64,000 nt of DNA from an uncultured Thermoleophilia bacterium (GCA_963702475.1 CAVPCT010000003.1:640001-704000); one strand, 5' to 3'; counted from the stretch's first letter, positions 8,862-18,501 are shown. The notes: generated from the sequence alone by a model not told the origin. Translations and numbers: made by a program.

Positions 8862-10145
8862 ATGAAACGCATGAAGACGACTCGCCGGATGCTGCCGATA
8901 CTGGCCGTACTACTCCTGATAGCGGTTGGAGGTAGCGGCGCTGTACTTGCTGCATGCGGGGGGGACGAAACGACGAGCGACGACGCAACAGGCGGCGCTC
9001 CAATCAAGATCGGCGCACCCCTGCCGATCACGGGCTCGTACGCACTCGACGGCCAGCACATGCAGACCGGGATGCAGATGGCGATCGACGATCTCAATGC
9101 TCAGGGCGGTGTCCTGGGCCGCCAGCTCGAACTCGTCACGTTCGACATCGGGGAGTTGCTCGCCGAAGACATCAACGCCTCCGCGGAGTACCTTCTCGGG
9201 AAGGAGAAGGTCGACCTGGTCGTGGAGGGTTACGCGGACTACGGCACGGACTTCCTGGCCTACGGCGCCAGGAGCGACGTACCGTTCATCAACGGCACGG
9301 CCTCTTCCAAGGCGGCCGAGCTGGCTGCAGAGGATCCGGAGGCCTACTGGAACATGTTCGACGTGTTCCCGGTCGAGGCGGACTGGGGAAGACGAGCATG
9401 GGACGGCGTGGCCAAGTTCGAGAGTGACTACCAGATCCCGGCCAAGCGCATCGCGATCATCCATGGAGATCTCGAGTGGGATCTCAAGTACACCGCGTCG
9501 ATCGCCGAGGCGGCTGAGGCTGCAGGCTGGACCGTTGTCCTCAACGAGACCGTTCCCTATGGCACGACAGACTGGGGACCGGTCCTGACGAAGCTCCGGG
9601 CAGCCGAACCGACCGCGGTCTCGTGTTCGATCCTGTCGGTCAAGGACATCTCGGCCTTCGTCAACCAATTCATGGAGGATCCGCCCCCCGCGACGTTGGA
9701 CATCTCGTCGATGATTGTTCTGAAGGACGTACAGGACGCGTGCGGCGACAACCTCATTGGGGTCATGGGCTACGTGACCAGCTACTTGCCTCCGAGCGAA
9801 ACGAACGACGACTTCAAGACCAGGTACAAGGAGAAGTTCGGCTACGATCTGCCTCTCACCACTCCGCCGTCGACCTACGATTCGGTCATGATCTGGGCGC
9901 AGGCGGTTGAGGCGGTCGGTGACGTGAGCGACCACAAGGCGATTGCCGACAAGATCAGGGCCACTCCTTACCAGGGGCTCGGGGGTCTTTACGACTTCAA
10001 CAACCCCGGACAGACCGTGCTCTACGGTCCCGACTTCCCAATCGGGTACGCGCAATACGCTGGGAACAACGAACTGCTCTTCTTCGGCGTTGATGAGTTC
10101 TTCCTGCCGCCCTGGATCCAGCCTCCATGGCCCAAGGCCGAGTGA
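8862..10145 (+). CDS. Liv-type ABC transporter substrate-binding lipoprotein
   Basis: Lipobox LAAC; IKIGAPLPITG..GGVLGR. Confidence 0.88.
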   Translation: MKRMKTTRRMLPILAVLLLIAVGGSGAVLAACGGDETTSDDATGGAPIKIGAPLPITGSYALDGQHMQTGMQMAIDDLNAQGGVLGRQLELVTFDIGELLAEDINASAEYLLGKEKVDLVVEGYADYGTDFLAYGARSDVPFINGTASSKAAELAAEDPEAYWNMFDVFPVEADWGRRAWDGVAKFESDYQIPAKRIAIIHGDLEWDLKYTASIAEAAEAAGWTVVLNETVPYGTTDWGPVLTKLRAAEPTAVSCSILSVKDISAFVNQFMEDPPPATLDISSMIVLKDVQDACGDNLIGVMGYVTSYLPPSETNDDFKTRYKEKFGYDLPLTTPPSTYDSVMIWAQAVEAVGDVSDHKAIADKIRATPYQGLGGLYDFNNPGQTVLYGPDFPIGYAQYAGNNELLFFGVDEFFLPPWIQPPWPKAE

Positions 10146-10230
10146 TCGCCAGGTTCTCGAGGCCACGGTCGAGCGGGTCCGATCCCCGCTCGACCAGCCC
10201 ATCGAAAGGGCCCATGGGGGCGGTGACGCT

Positions 10231-10941
10231 GTGTCCCTGAGTCTGCAGAACGTCACTCAGCGGTTCGGCGCACTGGCCGCGGTGGACGACGTCAGCTTCG
10301 ACGTGGAGAAGGGTGAAGCGCTGGGCATCGCCGGCCCCAACGGGGCCGGCAAGACGACGCTCTTCAACACGATCTGCGGCTTTCATCGCCCCGAGGGCAA
10401 GATACTTCTGGACGGGATCCGACTCGACAGTCTCCAACCGCACCGCGTCTGCCGGCTGGGCGTGGCCAGGACGTTCCAGATCCCTGCACCGTTCGATTCG
10501 ATGACTGTGCGGCAGAACGTTGAGGTCGGCGCCGTCTTCGGTGGTGGCAGCCATCGGAGAGAGGCCATGCACGCGCGAGTCGACGAGGCGCTGGACCGAG
10601 TGCACATGCTGGAGAAGGCTGAGTCGCCTGTCCGCACGCTCAAGCTCTACGACAAGAAGCTGGCGTTGCTGGCGGCAGCTCTCGCTACGGGTCCCAGCGT
10701 CCTTCTGCTTGACGAAGTGGCTGCTGGATTGAGCGCTGTGGAAATGAAGGAGTTGTTCGAGCTCATACAGCATCTCAACCGCGAGGCTGGCCTGACCCTG
10801 CTGGTCATCGAGCACATCATGAGCATCCTTACCGGGCTGTGCGATCGGATCCTCGTGATGAACGATGGAAAGGTGCTCGCCATCGGTGAGGCGGACGCGG
10901 TCATGGCCGATCCGGACGTGAAGGAGGCTCTGCTGGGATGA
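10231..10941 (+). CDS. Liv-type ABC transporter ATPase (LivG-like)
   Basis: GPNGAGKTT, ARTFQ, LLLDE, IEH. Confidence 0.92.
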   Translation: MSLSLQNVTQRFGALAAVDDVSFDVEKGEALGIAGPNGAGKTTLFNTICGFHRPEGKILLDGIRLDSLQPHRVCRLGVARTFQIPAPFDSMTVRQNVEVGAVFGGGSHRREAMHARVDEALDRVHMLEKAESPVRTLKLYDKKLALLAAALATGPSVLLLDEVAAGLSAVEMKELFELIQHLNREAGLTLLVIEHIMSILTGLCDRILVMNDGKVLAIGEADAVMADPDVKEALLG

Positions 10942-11666
10942 GCATGCTCGAAGTCGAGAGCCTCAACGTCAGCTACGGTGATATCCAGGTCATTCGCGAC
11001 ATCAACCTCACGGCAGAAGAGGGCCAACTGACGGCCATCTTCGGACCGAACGGGCACGGCAAGACCACGCTGCTGAAGACCATCTGCGGTCTGGTGACCC
11101 CGACGTCAGGCACCGTGCGCGTCGACGGCGAGGAGTTCCAGGGTCGCCCGTCGGACCAGCATGTTGATCGAGGCATTGTCCTTGTTGCCGAGGAACGCCA
11201 CCTCTTTTCGGAGATGACCGTGATGGAGAATCTCCAGCTTGGTGCGTTCTCGCGTGCCGCTCGCGCCGCCGAGGATGCCAATCTCACCCGCGTGTTCGAC
11301 ATGTTCCCAAAACTGGCCGATCTGCGTCGGCGGGAGGCCGCGACACTCAGCGGCGGAGAAGCGCGGATGCTCGCCATCGGAAGAGGGCTCATGTCGTGCC
11401 CGCGACTGTTCGCGGTCGACGAGCCGTCATTCGGGCTCGTTCCGAAGTTGCGCCACGTGGTCTTCGACTCCCTGCGCCAGTTGGCAGATGGCGGCTTGAC
11501 CGTGCTCGTCGTCGAGCAGTCGACGGCGCGGATCTCGGAACTCGCGGACCAGGTGTATCTGATCGAAGACGGGGCAGTCGTGTTTGGTGGCGATACAGCA
11601 GCGGCGCTGCAGAACGAAGAATTCAAGCGCGTCTACCTCGGCCAGGGGCCGGGAGGTGAGGAGTGA
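10938..11666 (+). CDS. Liv-type ABC transporter ATPase (LivF-like)
   Basis: GPNGHGKTT, LSGGE, VDEPSFGL, VEQ. Confidence 0.92.
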   Translation: MSMLEVESLNVSYGDIQVIRDINLTAEEGQLTAIFGPNGHGKTTLLKTICGLVTPTSGTVRVDGEEFQGRPSDQHVDRGIVLVAEERHLFSEMTVMENLQLGAFSRAARAAEDANLTRVFDMFPKLADLRRREAATLSGGEARMLAIGRGLMSCPRLFAVDEPSFGLVPKLRHVVFDSLRQLADGGLTVLVVEQSTARISELADQVYLIEDGAVVFGGDTAAALQNEEFKRVYLGQGPGGEE

Positions 11667-12547
11667 GCTGGCGATCCCTTGGTGACGTGTTGATCAGCGG
11701 TCTGACCATCGGCAGCGTGTACTACCTGATGGCTCTCGGATTCACGCTCGTATACGGCGTTGGCCGCGTGCTCAATCTGGCCTACGGGTCCTTCTTCGTG
11801 TGGGGAGCCTACGTGTGCTGGGTGTTCACGGTCGGCGTCGCCACCTTGCCCATAGTCGTGGGCGGCCTTATTGCAGTCCCCCTGCTCTTCTTGCTTGGCG
11901 TGGCCGTTGACCGGGGTGTGGTGAATCCGCTGCGGAAACGGCCGGAGTTCGACTTCAGCGTCCTCCTGGCGACCCTGGGCCTTGCCATGGTTCTGGACAA
12001 TCTGGCGCTCGTCATCTTCGGACCGCGGCCAAAGGCGCTGCCTGATTTCGGCAGCTGGAGCCTGGAGGTCGGAGGCTTCGTGCTCAGCGCGCAAGCACTC
12101 ATCATCATTGCGTTCGCCGGCGCCTTTGCCTTCGCACTGACGCTGTTTCTGCAGCGCACCAAGACGGGCATGAGCATCCGCGCGGTCGCCCAGGATCCGA
12201 CAGGGGCGCGCATGGTCGGCATTCGGCTCAACCACGTGTACGCCCTGACGTTCGGTCTGTCGGTCGCCTTGGCCGCTGCCGGAGGGATTCTCCTGGCGCA
12301 GCGGTTCTTCATCACGCCACTGGGCGGCTGGACCATTCTCATCAAGGCTCTCATCATTGCTGTAGCTGGAGGCATGGGGAGCCTGAAGGGGACCCTGGTG
12401 GCCGCCTTCGCTCTGGGCATGCTCGAAGCGTTCGTGGGCTGGCAGGCGGGGCTTCTGTGGGTGATGCCCTTCTGGTTCGGAGTCCTTCTCGCGATCCTGC
12501 TCACAAGGCCTCACGGACTGTTCGGGGCAGCGGGGAGGCGGGTGTGA
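11663..12547 (+). CDS. Liv-type ABC permease (LivH-like)
   Basis: ALGFTLVYGV..LNLAYG, IRAVAQD, GGMGS, RPHGLFG. Confidence 0.92.
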   Translation: MSWRSLGDVLISGLTIGSVYYLMALGFTLVYGVGRVLNLAYGSFFVWGAYVCWVFTVGVATLPIVVGGLIAVPLLFLLGVAVDRGVVNPLRKRPEFDFSVLLATLGLAMVLDNLALVIFGPRPKALPDFGSWSLEVGGFVLSAQALIIIAFAGAFAFALTLFLQRTKTGMSIRAVAQDPTGARMVGIRLNHVYALTFGLSVALAAAGGILLAQRFFITPLGGWTILIKALIIAVAGGMGSLKGTLVAAFALGMLEAFVGWQAGLLWVMPFWFGVLLAILLTRPHGLFGAAGRRV

Positions 12548-13551
12548 TACGCAGGCGCGCATACGTGCTCGCTGGTTGCATCGTTGCCATTCTGGCCGTG
12601 CTGCCGCTGATAGTGGGCAACGACTCGTACATGATGAGACTCCTTCTGATCAGCATGTTGTGGGGCGGACTGGCCCTGTCGTGGGATCTGCAGCTCGGGT
12701 ATGCAGGGATCTTCAACTTGGGCCAGATCGGCTTCTTCGTGTGTGGTGCGTACGCGTCTGCGATGCTGACCATGTACGTCGATATCTCCCCGTGGCTCGG
12801 CTTGGTTGTAGGGGCGGCGGTCGGCGGTCTCATCGCAGCTGCCATCGGCGTGGCGTGCCTTCGCCTGACGGGTATCTACATCGCTCTGCTCACGCTGGCT
12901 TTCTTTGAGGTGCTTGGCCCCCTGCTCACCCTGGGGAAGCCGTGGGGGACCGGGGGGAAGGCTGGGCTCCTGCCCATACCGCCTTTGAGTTGGGGCGGTC
13001 AGCCATTCTCGGTCTATGACCCGCTGCCGTGGTACTACTGTGCCCTTGGACTCCTCGTGGTCTGCATGGTCGTGGTGGTATGGGTCGTCAGGTCGCGACT
13101 GGGCCGTGGATTCATCGCCCTGCGCGACTCCGAGTCGCTGGCACAAGCCCTGGGAGTCGACCGCTTTCGCTCCTCGCTGGCGGTAGTAGGCATATCCGGC
13201 GCGCTGGCGGGGATGATGGGAGCTTTCTACGCCAGCTACCAGGGAGTCCTCTCGCCACGCCTGCTCGGACTCGACCTGTTCCTCTTCCTGATCATTGCGA
13301 TCCTCGCAGGCGGCGTGGGCAAGTTCCCAGGGGCAGTTCTGGGAGCGATAGCGGTGACGTTCGTCACGGACAGTCTGCGCCCCACCGGGACCTACCGTCT
13401 CTTGATCCTCGGGGGGCTCGTCGTCGTTCTGGTGCTGTTCCTTCCTGCCGGTGCGATGGGCGGTCTGGATTCGGTGATCCTGCGCATCAAGCGCTGGCGA
13501 AGAGGAGGCGTACAACCCCCGGTCGTGGATGTCGATCCGAAGGAGCCATGA
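12544..13551 (+). CDS. Liv-type ABC permease (LivM-like)
   Basis: LGYAGIFNLGQ, LRLTGIYIALLTL, ALRDSE..AQALG. Confidence 0.92.
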   Translation: MIRRRAYVLAGCIVAILAVLPLIVGNDSYMMRLLLISMLWGGLALSWDLQLGYAGIFNLGQIGFFVCGAYASAMLTMYVDISPWLGLVVGAAVGGLIAAAIGVACLRLTGIYIALLTLAFFEVLGPLLTLGKPWGTGGKAGLLPIPPLSWGGQPFSVYDPLPWYYCALGLLVVCMVVVVWVVRSRLGRGFIALRDSESLAQALGVDRFRSSLAVVGISGALAGMMGAFYASYQGVLSPRLLGLDLFLFLIIAILAGGVGKFPGAVLGAIAVTFVTDSLRPTGTYRLLILGGLVVVLVLFLPAGAMGGLDSVILRIKRWRRGGVQPPVVDVDPKEP

Positions 13552-13734
13552 TGGCGCGGAGCGTACTGAGGCACGTGCGGCCCGCGCATCTGGGTGTCAT
13601 CTCATCCGCTCACGGCGACCGGTCGATACCGCGATGAGTCCGGAGCGTTTCACTCCCCGGCGTGAGCCTTGAACTGCCAGGGTCGGCGGGGAGTCTCGCC
13701 ATGGAGCAAATGTAGCCTTGGGGTGTGACGAGCG

Positions 13735-14688
13735 ATGCTCACCGTCACCCTTGGTCTGACGGCGGCGTTCTGCTACGCCCTCGTCGACCTTCTGATGGTG
13801 CGAGTCGTGCGCACGGTGCCCGTGGCATTGGCGTTGGTGTGGCTGGTCGGTGTCGGCGCGCTCATCAGTGTGCCGCTGGCGCTCTTCGTGGACGGGGTCC
13901 CGAGTGGCAGCGCGGAGTGGCGCGGGGTCGGCATCGCGGCCATCGGCGGAGTCACGTACATGGCCGCGTTGGGGGCGATGTTCCGCGGGCTGGCGGTAGG
14001 CCAGCTGTCCATCATGTCGCCGATCACCGCGCTTGAAGGCGCGTTCGCGGCGCTGGTGGCCATCGTGCTCGGCGAGCAGCTCGGCGGCCTGGCGGCCGTG
14101 GGTCTGCCGCTCGCCGTGATCGGCGCCGTTCTGGCGTCGATTGTGCGAGTGTCGGCCGAGCCGGCCGTCGCGATGACGTCTGCGGTCGAGGTCGCCCAAG
14201 CCGAAGGCGGCTCCTGCGGCGCGAACGCCGGCACCCGGGACGAGAAGGGCGGCCGTGCACCCGGTGCCTGGGAGGCCGCCCGCGGCGCCGGCTGGGCGTT
14301 ACTGGCGGCCACGGCGGGCGGAACCACCATTCTCATCTACGGGTGGGCCGCCGACCTGCCGCCGTTCTCGGCTGTGGCCATGTCCCGCCTGGTGAGCTTC
14401 CTCATTGTGCTTGCCTACGCGGCCACGCATCAGGGCCTGGCTCTGCCGCGGGTGTGGCGCCCGCGGGTCGTTTTCGCAGGCTGTGTCGAACTGGCAGCGT
14501 TCGTGGCGCTGGCGGCCTCCACCGCACGTGGCCCCGTGTCGGTGGCCGCGGTGACGACCGCTCAGTTCGCCACGTTTGGCGTCATTCTGGGAGTTCTGAT
14601 ACTGCACGAACGCCCGCTCCTACAGCAGCGTGTGGGCATCCTCGCCACCCTGGTGGCCGTGACGCTGCTCGCCCTCTCGGAGGTATAG
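13735..14688 (+). CDS. EamA/DMT family transporter
   Basis: Two hydrophobic repeats with LGEQL and LHERP signatures; ends in TAG. Confidence 0.8.
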   Translation: MLTVTLGLTAAFCYALVDLLMVRVVRTVPVALALVWLVGVGALISVPLALFVDGVPSGSAEWRGVGIAAIGGVTYMAALGAMFRGLAVGQLSIMSPITALEGAFAALVAIVLGEQLGGLAAVGLPLAVIGAVLASIVRVSAEPAVAMTSAVEVAQAEGGSCGANAGTRDEKGGRAPGAWEAARGAGWALLAATAGGTTILIYGWAADLPPFSAVAMSRLVSFLIVLAYAATHQGLALPRVWRPRVVFAGCVELAAFVALAASTARGPVSVAAVTTAQFATFGVILGVLILHERPLLQQRVGILATLVAVTLLALSEV

Positions 14689-14743
14689 GCCGCCCGGGAG
14701 AGGCCCCGGGGCGGCAGACAAGTCAACCACTGGAGAACTCTCT

Positions 14744-15439
14744 ATGTGCGCCGCAATCGACAAGAACCGGACAGCAGTGCTGGATTCCGAAGCGGGAGCG
14801 GTCCGGCACGCGCCGTTCGAGGATCCATCCCTCACCCTGCCTGAGCCTGCCAACGAGATCGTGCAGGCGGCGCGCCGCCTGCTGCTGCTCGGCGGTTGGG
14901 AGGCCCTGCGCGTCGACGCCATCGTTCGCGAGGCTGGCAGGAACAAGGCCTCGGTGAAGTACTACTTTGGCAATAAGCAGGGCCTCATCACCGCCCTCAT
15001 CGACTCGCTTGACCACGAGCAGTGCCTCGCCTTGGCCGAGCGCACCGCCGCAGCCGACGGGGAAGAGCGCCTCAGCCGCTACATCATCGGACAGACCGAG
15101 CTTGCCAGCGACGCCGAAGCGTTTCTCCTGTTCTTCGATGTCCTGCCGCACGTGATTCGCGACGAAGAGCTGCGCAGGCGAGTAGCGCCACTCTATGAGT
15201 GGTACCGGCATATGAACATGGTGTGGCTGGGCCTCACCGACAGGGTCACCGACGAGAACCGGGACCGCCTCAGGGCGTTCGTCGCACTGATGGTCGCGGT
15301 GGTGGACGGGCTGGCCATCCAGGCGTCGCTGCAGCCGGAGGATTTCGACGTGGCCGCCTCTTTTGACATCCTTGAGATCTTCCTCAAACGCTGCCTTGAC
15401 GAGGTGGTCACGGGAACTGCTGATGGCGCCGCAAGTTGA
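14744..15439 (+). CDS. TetR family transcriptional regulator
   Basis: IVQAARRLL..GWEALRVDAIVREAG..KASVKYYFGNKQGL helix-turn-helix. Confidence 0.9.
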   Translation: MCAAIDKNRTAVLDSEAGAVRHAPFEDPSLTLPEPANEIVQAARRLLLLGGWEALRVDAIVREAGRNKASVKYYFGNKQGLITALIDSLDHEQCLALAERTAAADGEERLSRYIIGQTELASDAEAFLLFFDVLPHVIRDEELRRRVAPLYEWYRHMNMVWLGLTDRVTDENRDRLRAFVALMVAVVDGLAIQASLQPEDFDVAASFDILEIFLKRCLDEVVTGTADGAAS

Positions 15440-15474
15440 CGTGACGCCTGAAGACGGTCTACTCGCGGGCCATG

Positions 15475-15560
15475 GTCCTGGATTGAGAAGGAGGAGGTCA
15501 GTCATGCCCAGAAGCGCTACCGCACCGAGGAGCTCTTCGCCAAGCTGGGCGAGGCCGAGC
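15475..15560 (+). mobile_element. IS3-family (IS407-like) orfA 5' remnant
   Basis: SD AAGGAGGAGG, ATG at 15504, then frameshifted KRYRTEELFAKLGEAE resembling an IS407-group OrfA N-terminus. Confidence 0.55.
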
Positions 15561-15686
15561 GGTCGGGATTGTCGCCTCATGCGGTCGCGCCCGCCGACAC
15601 GGACGGGGCGACGAAGAGGATGGCCACCGTGCATCTCAATGAATCCCCTCTGTGGGTCTAGCGCCCCGCGCATGAGCAGACGCGGC

Positions 15687-15941
15687 CAGTCCCAGCCCAA
15701 GCTGATCGACCGCCGCGTGCTGGAGGAGTGGGCTGCCGCCGGCAGCACGGACCTCCACCAGCGCGCGCAGGAGGAGGCGCGTCGCATCCTCGCGACGCAC
15801 GCCCCGGAACCGCTGCCGGACGCCGTGGCGCGCGAGATTCGCGGCATCGTCGACGCGGCCGACCACGAGGCGGCGTCGACGATGAACAGGCGGCGCCAGA
15901 GGGCACCGAGGAGCCTCGCCACGCCCTGCCGTGCGCGCTGA
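15687..15941 (+). pseudogene. mttB: 3' remnant of a trimethylamine methyltransferase MttB-family gene
   Basis: QSQPKLIDRR..EEWAAAGSTDL..RAQEEARRILATHAPEPLP resembles the MttB C-terminus; the 5' part is missing. Confidence 0.75.
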
Positions 15942-15976
15942 CCCAGCAAGGTAAGCCACCCAGGGAGAATCCGAAG

Positions 15977-17365
15977 ATGGAGAACAGCTACCCGACGCGT
16001 GACGGCGACGGATCGCTCGTGCGCATGACTCGCGGCCAGCTTCACTCAGAGCTGGAGGAGGGGACGCAGGCGGCGGCAGCGCGCGCCAAGGTCCCGCCCC
16101 TGACGACGGACGAGCTGGACCACCTGCTCGACATCTGGGCGTCTCCGGCTCGCTTCTCGTCCGTCGACATCGGTGACGAGGTCGTGCTCACGTACGACGG
16201 GTCGGGCTCGAAGACGGTCGGCACGCGCACGCAGGACCTGCTCATCTACGAGCAGATGATGGGCGCCGACTCCGTGGAGCTCGCGCACGTCGACTACTCG
16301 TTCAAGGCCGTCAAGACCATCCTTCCGCACGAAGCGCAGAACATGAAGGACGCCCAGCTCGTCCTGACGGCGCCGATGATGTACGGGGCGATGCCCAACC
16401 TGGGGCTGTACTCCCAGCCGGATGGGCCCGTGCCCAACTGGTCGGAGCTCCTGCCGATGACGAAGATCGCCGAGGCGCGTGCCGCCCAGGAAGAGGCGAT
16501 CGAGCACGCCGTCAAAGACATGGTCGCGGTCGCCGACGCTATGTGGGAGGCGGGCGCCGACGGGATCGACTTCGACACCGCCGGCGCCGCCGGCGACGGC
16601 GACCTCCTGGCGACGCTTCGCGCGGTCGAGAAGATTCGCGCAAAGCATCCCGACATGGGCATCGAGGTCGGCATGGCCGGCGAGTTCGTCCTCGGCGTGC
16701 ACGGTCAGCTCGAGTACGACGGCGTGCGCCTGGCCGGGCTCTGGCCTCGCGCCCAGATGGAGCTCGTGCGCCGGGCGGGCGCGACGATCTTCGGCCCCGC
16801 GGTCAACGTGAACACGCGCAAGTCGGGCGCCTGGAACATCGCCCGGGCGCTCACCCTGGTCAAGCCGTGCATGGATGTCGCCGAGATCCCCGTGCACATG
16901 AACGTCGGCATGGGCGTCGGCGGCGTCCCGATGAGTAGCTACCTGCCGCTGGACGCCGTGTCCCGAGCATCCCGTGCCTGCGTCGACATCCTGCGGCTGG
17001 ACGGTCTGTAGGTCGGCACGGGTGATCCTCTGGGCATGCCTTGTGCCCACGCGATCGCCTCGGGGATGTGCGGCATGCGCGCTGCTGGAGATCTGGTGGC
17101 GCGCATGCAGATCACTCGGGGGATGCGGATACATGAGGCCAAGGCCTACGTGGCCGAGCGGCTGGGGGTCGGTCCGTCCGACCTCTCCGACCCGCTCGCG
17201 ATGGCGGACGTGCGTAGGCACCATCAGCTGGGACGCATCACGACGTTCGAGATGAGCTACGCGAGCGAAAGTAGCGCGATGGAGTCGAAGTTCCGGATTG
17301 CCGAGCTGCTCGACCTCCCGATCAACTGCGTGCAGCGCTTCAGGCGGCACGCCGGGCTCGCGTGA
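15977..17365 (+). CDS. mtbB: Pyrrolysine-containing dimethylamine:corrinoid methyltransferase MtbB-like (462 aa, Pyl345 from TAG 17009-17011)
   Basis: RDGDG, HVDYSFK, YGAMPNLGLYSQPDGP, FDTAGAAGDGD, GMGVGG, then DGL-TAG-VGTGDPLGM..RAAGDLVARMQ, colinear with methanogen MtbB across the stop. Confidence 0.95.
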
Positions 17366-17481
17366 GCCCGGACGACCGGGGACCGGGAACGATCTGCTGA
17401 AAGGGATCGGCGTGCATACAGGCGCCGCGCGACCGCGGCTACTGAGAGCGGGATGTGGTATAGGCAGGAGGTGGAGACTCG

Positions 17482-17537
17482 AGAAGATCAACGAGCTGCT
17501 CGGCGTCTGAGCGGCCCGGCAGGCCCGTAAGGGGCCG
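17482..17537 (+). repeat. Right copy of the 56-bp direct repeat; orphan corrinoid gene tail (KINELLGV*)
   Basis: 50 of 56 identical to 4256-4311. Confidence 0.85.
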
Positions 17538-17643
17538 GCCGCCCGCCCGGCCTGTCAGATGCAGAGCGGCGCTCCTGCGGCGCTCCGCTCAAGACCCCCA
17601 CTCGCGCCGCTCGGCCGGGCTGCGCCGCCCTTGACGCGCTGCG

Positions 17644-18501
17644 TCAGATATTGAGGCGGACGCCGTCGAAGTACGACAGGCTACGGCCGGCGCGCTCGAT
17701 GTTGGGAAAGCCCTCGCGGACCATGATGAGCCTCTCCAGGCCGAAGCCCAGGCCCACCCACGGGTCCATGACGCCCCAGTTGCCGTCCAGTGGGTGCGGG
17801 CCCATGCCGGCCGAGCACACCTCGATGCCGCCGACCTCGACGTCGATCATCTGGCCGTACACCTCGGACTCGGTCCTGACCAGGTCGTACGTCTTCACGC
17901 CGGCGGCGTCCATGACCACGGCCGCGAGCTCCGTCATCCGCTCGCGGCATCTCTCCTCCGGCGTGCCGAGTTCGACCAGGTTCAGCATGGTGAACTCGTT
18001 GAGGTGGCTGGACCCCTTGCTGTCACGGCGAAAGCACGGCCCGATCTCGTAGATGCCGAACGGACGGCCCCACATACGACCCAGGCGCCTCAGCATGGTG
18101 TACAGGTTGGGCGCCAGCATGGGTCGCAGGCAGCGGCCGTCCTCGAGCCAGAAGACCTGCTCGCGCAGGGGGTGACCGTGCTCGATGCCCATTCTCGTCA
18201 GCGATTCGGCGGCGATGATGAGCGGCGTGACCATGGGCACGAACCCGGCGGCGCCGAGTGCTTCGCGCAGCGCCGCCTCCAGCTCGAGCAAGCGAGGCGC
18301 CACTGCGCCCCCCTTCAGGTCTTTCAGGTGGCGCCGCCCGGCGCGCACGAGCTTGTCCTCGGCGGCGCGGAACGCGGTGTCGCGCTCCCCGGCGTCCGCG
18401 AAGGTGGCGTCGGCCAGCTGACTTGCACCGCCGAGCTCGCGCAGGCGCTGCACCTGGGTCGCCGAGAGGCGCACGCCTCCCGAGTCTGTCTGTTCACTCA
18501 C
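17644..18501 (-). CDS. pylSc: Pyrrolysyl-tRNA synthetase catalytic subunit PylSc
   Basis: QRLRELG, CLRPMLAPNLY, HLNEFTMLNLVE, VYG, PWVGLGFGLERL, RSLSYFDGVRLNI. Confidence 0.97.
   Translation of the reverse strand: MSEQTDSGGVRLSATQVQRLRELGGASQLADATFADAGERDTAFRAAEDKLVRAGRRHLKDLKGGAVAPRLLELEAALREALGAAGFVPMVTPLIIAAESLTRMGIEHGHPLREQVFWLEDGRCLRPMLAPNLYTMLRRLGRMWGRPFGIYEIGPCFRRDSKGSSHLNEFTMLNLVELGTPEERCRERMTELAAVVMDAAGVKTYDLVRTESEVYGQMIDVEVGGIEVCSAGMGPHPLDGNWGVMDPWVGLGFGLERLIMVREGFPNIERAGRSLSYFDGVRLNI

Noticed and set aside
17036-17365. Separate 109-aa ORF
   Set aside because: It is the post-amber C-terminus of MtbB
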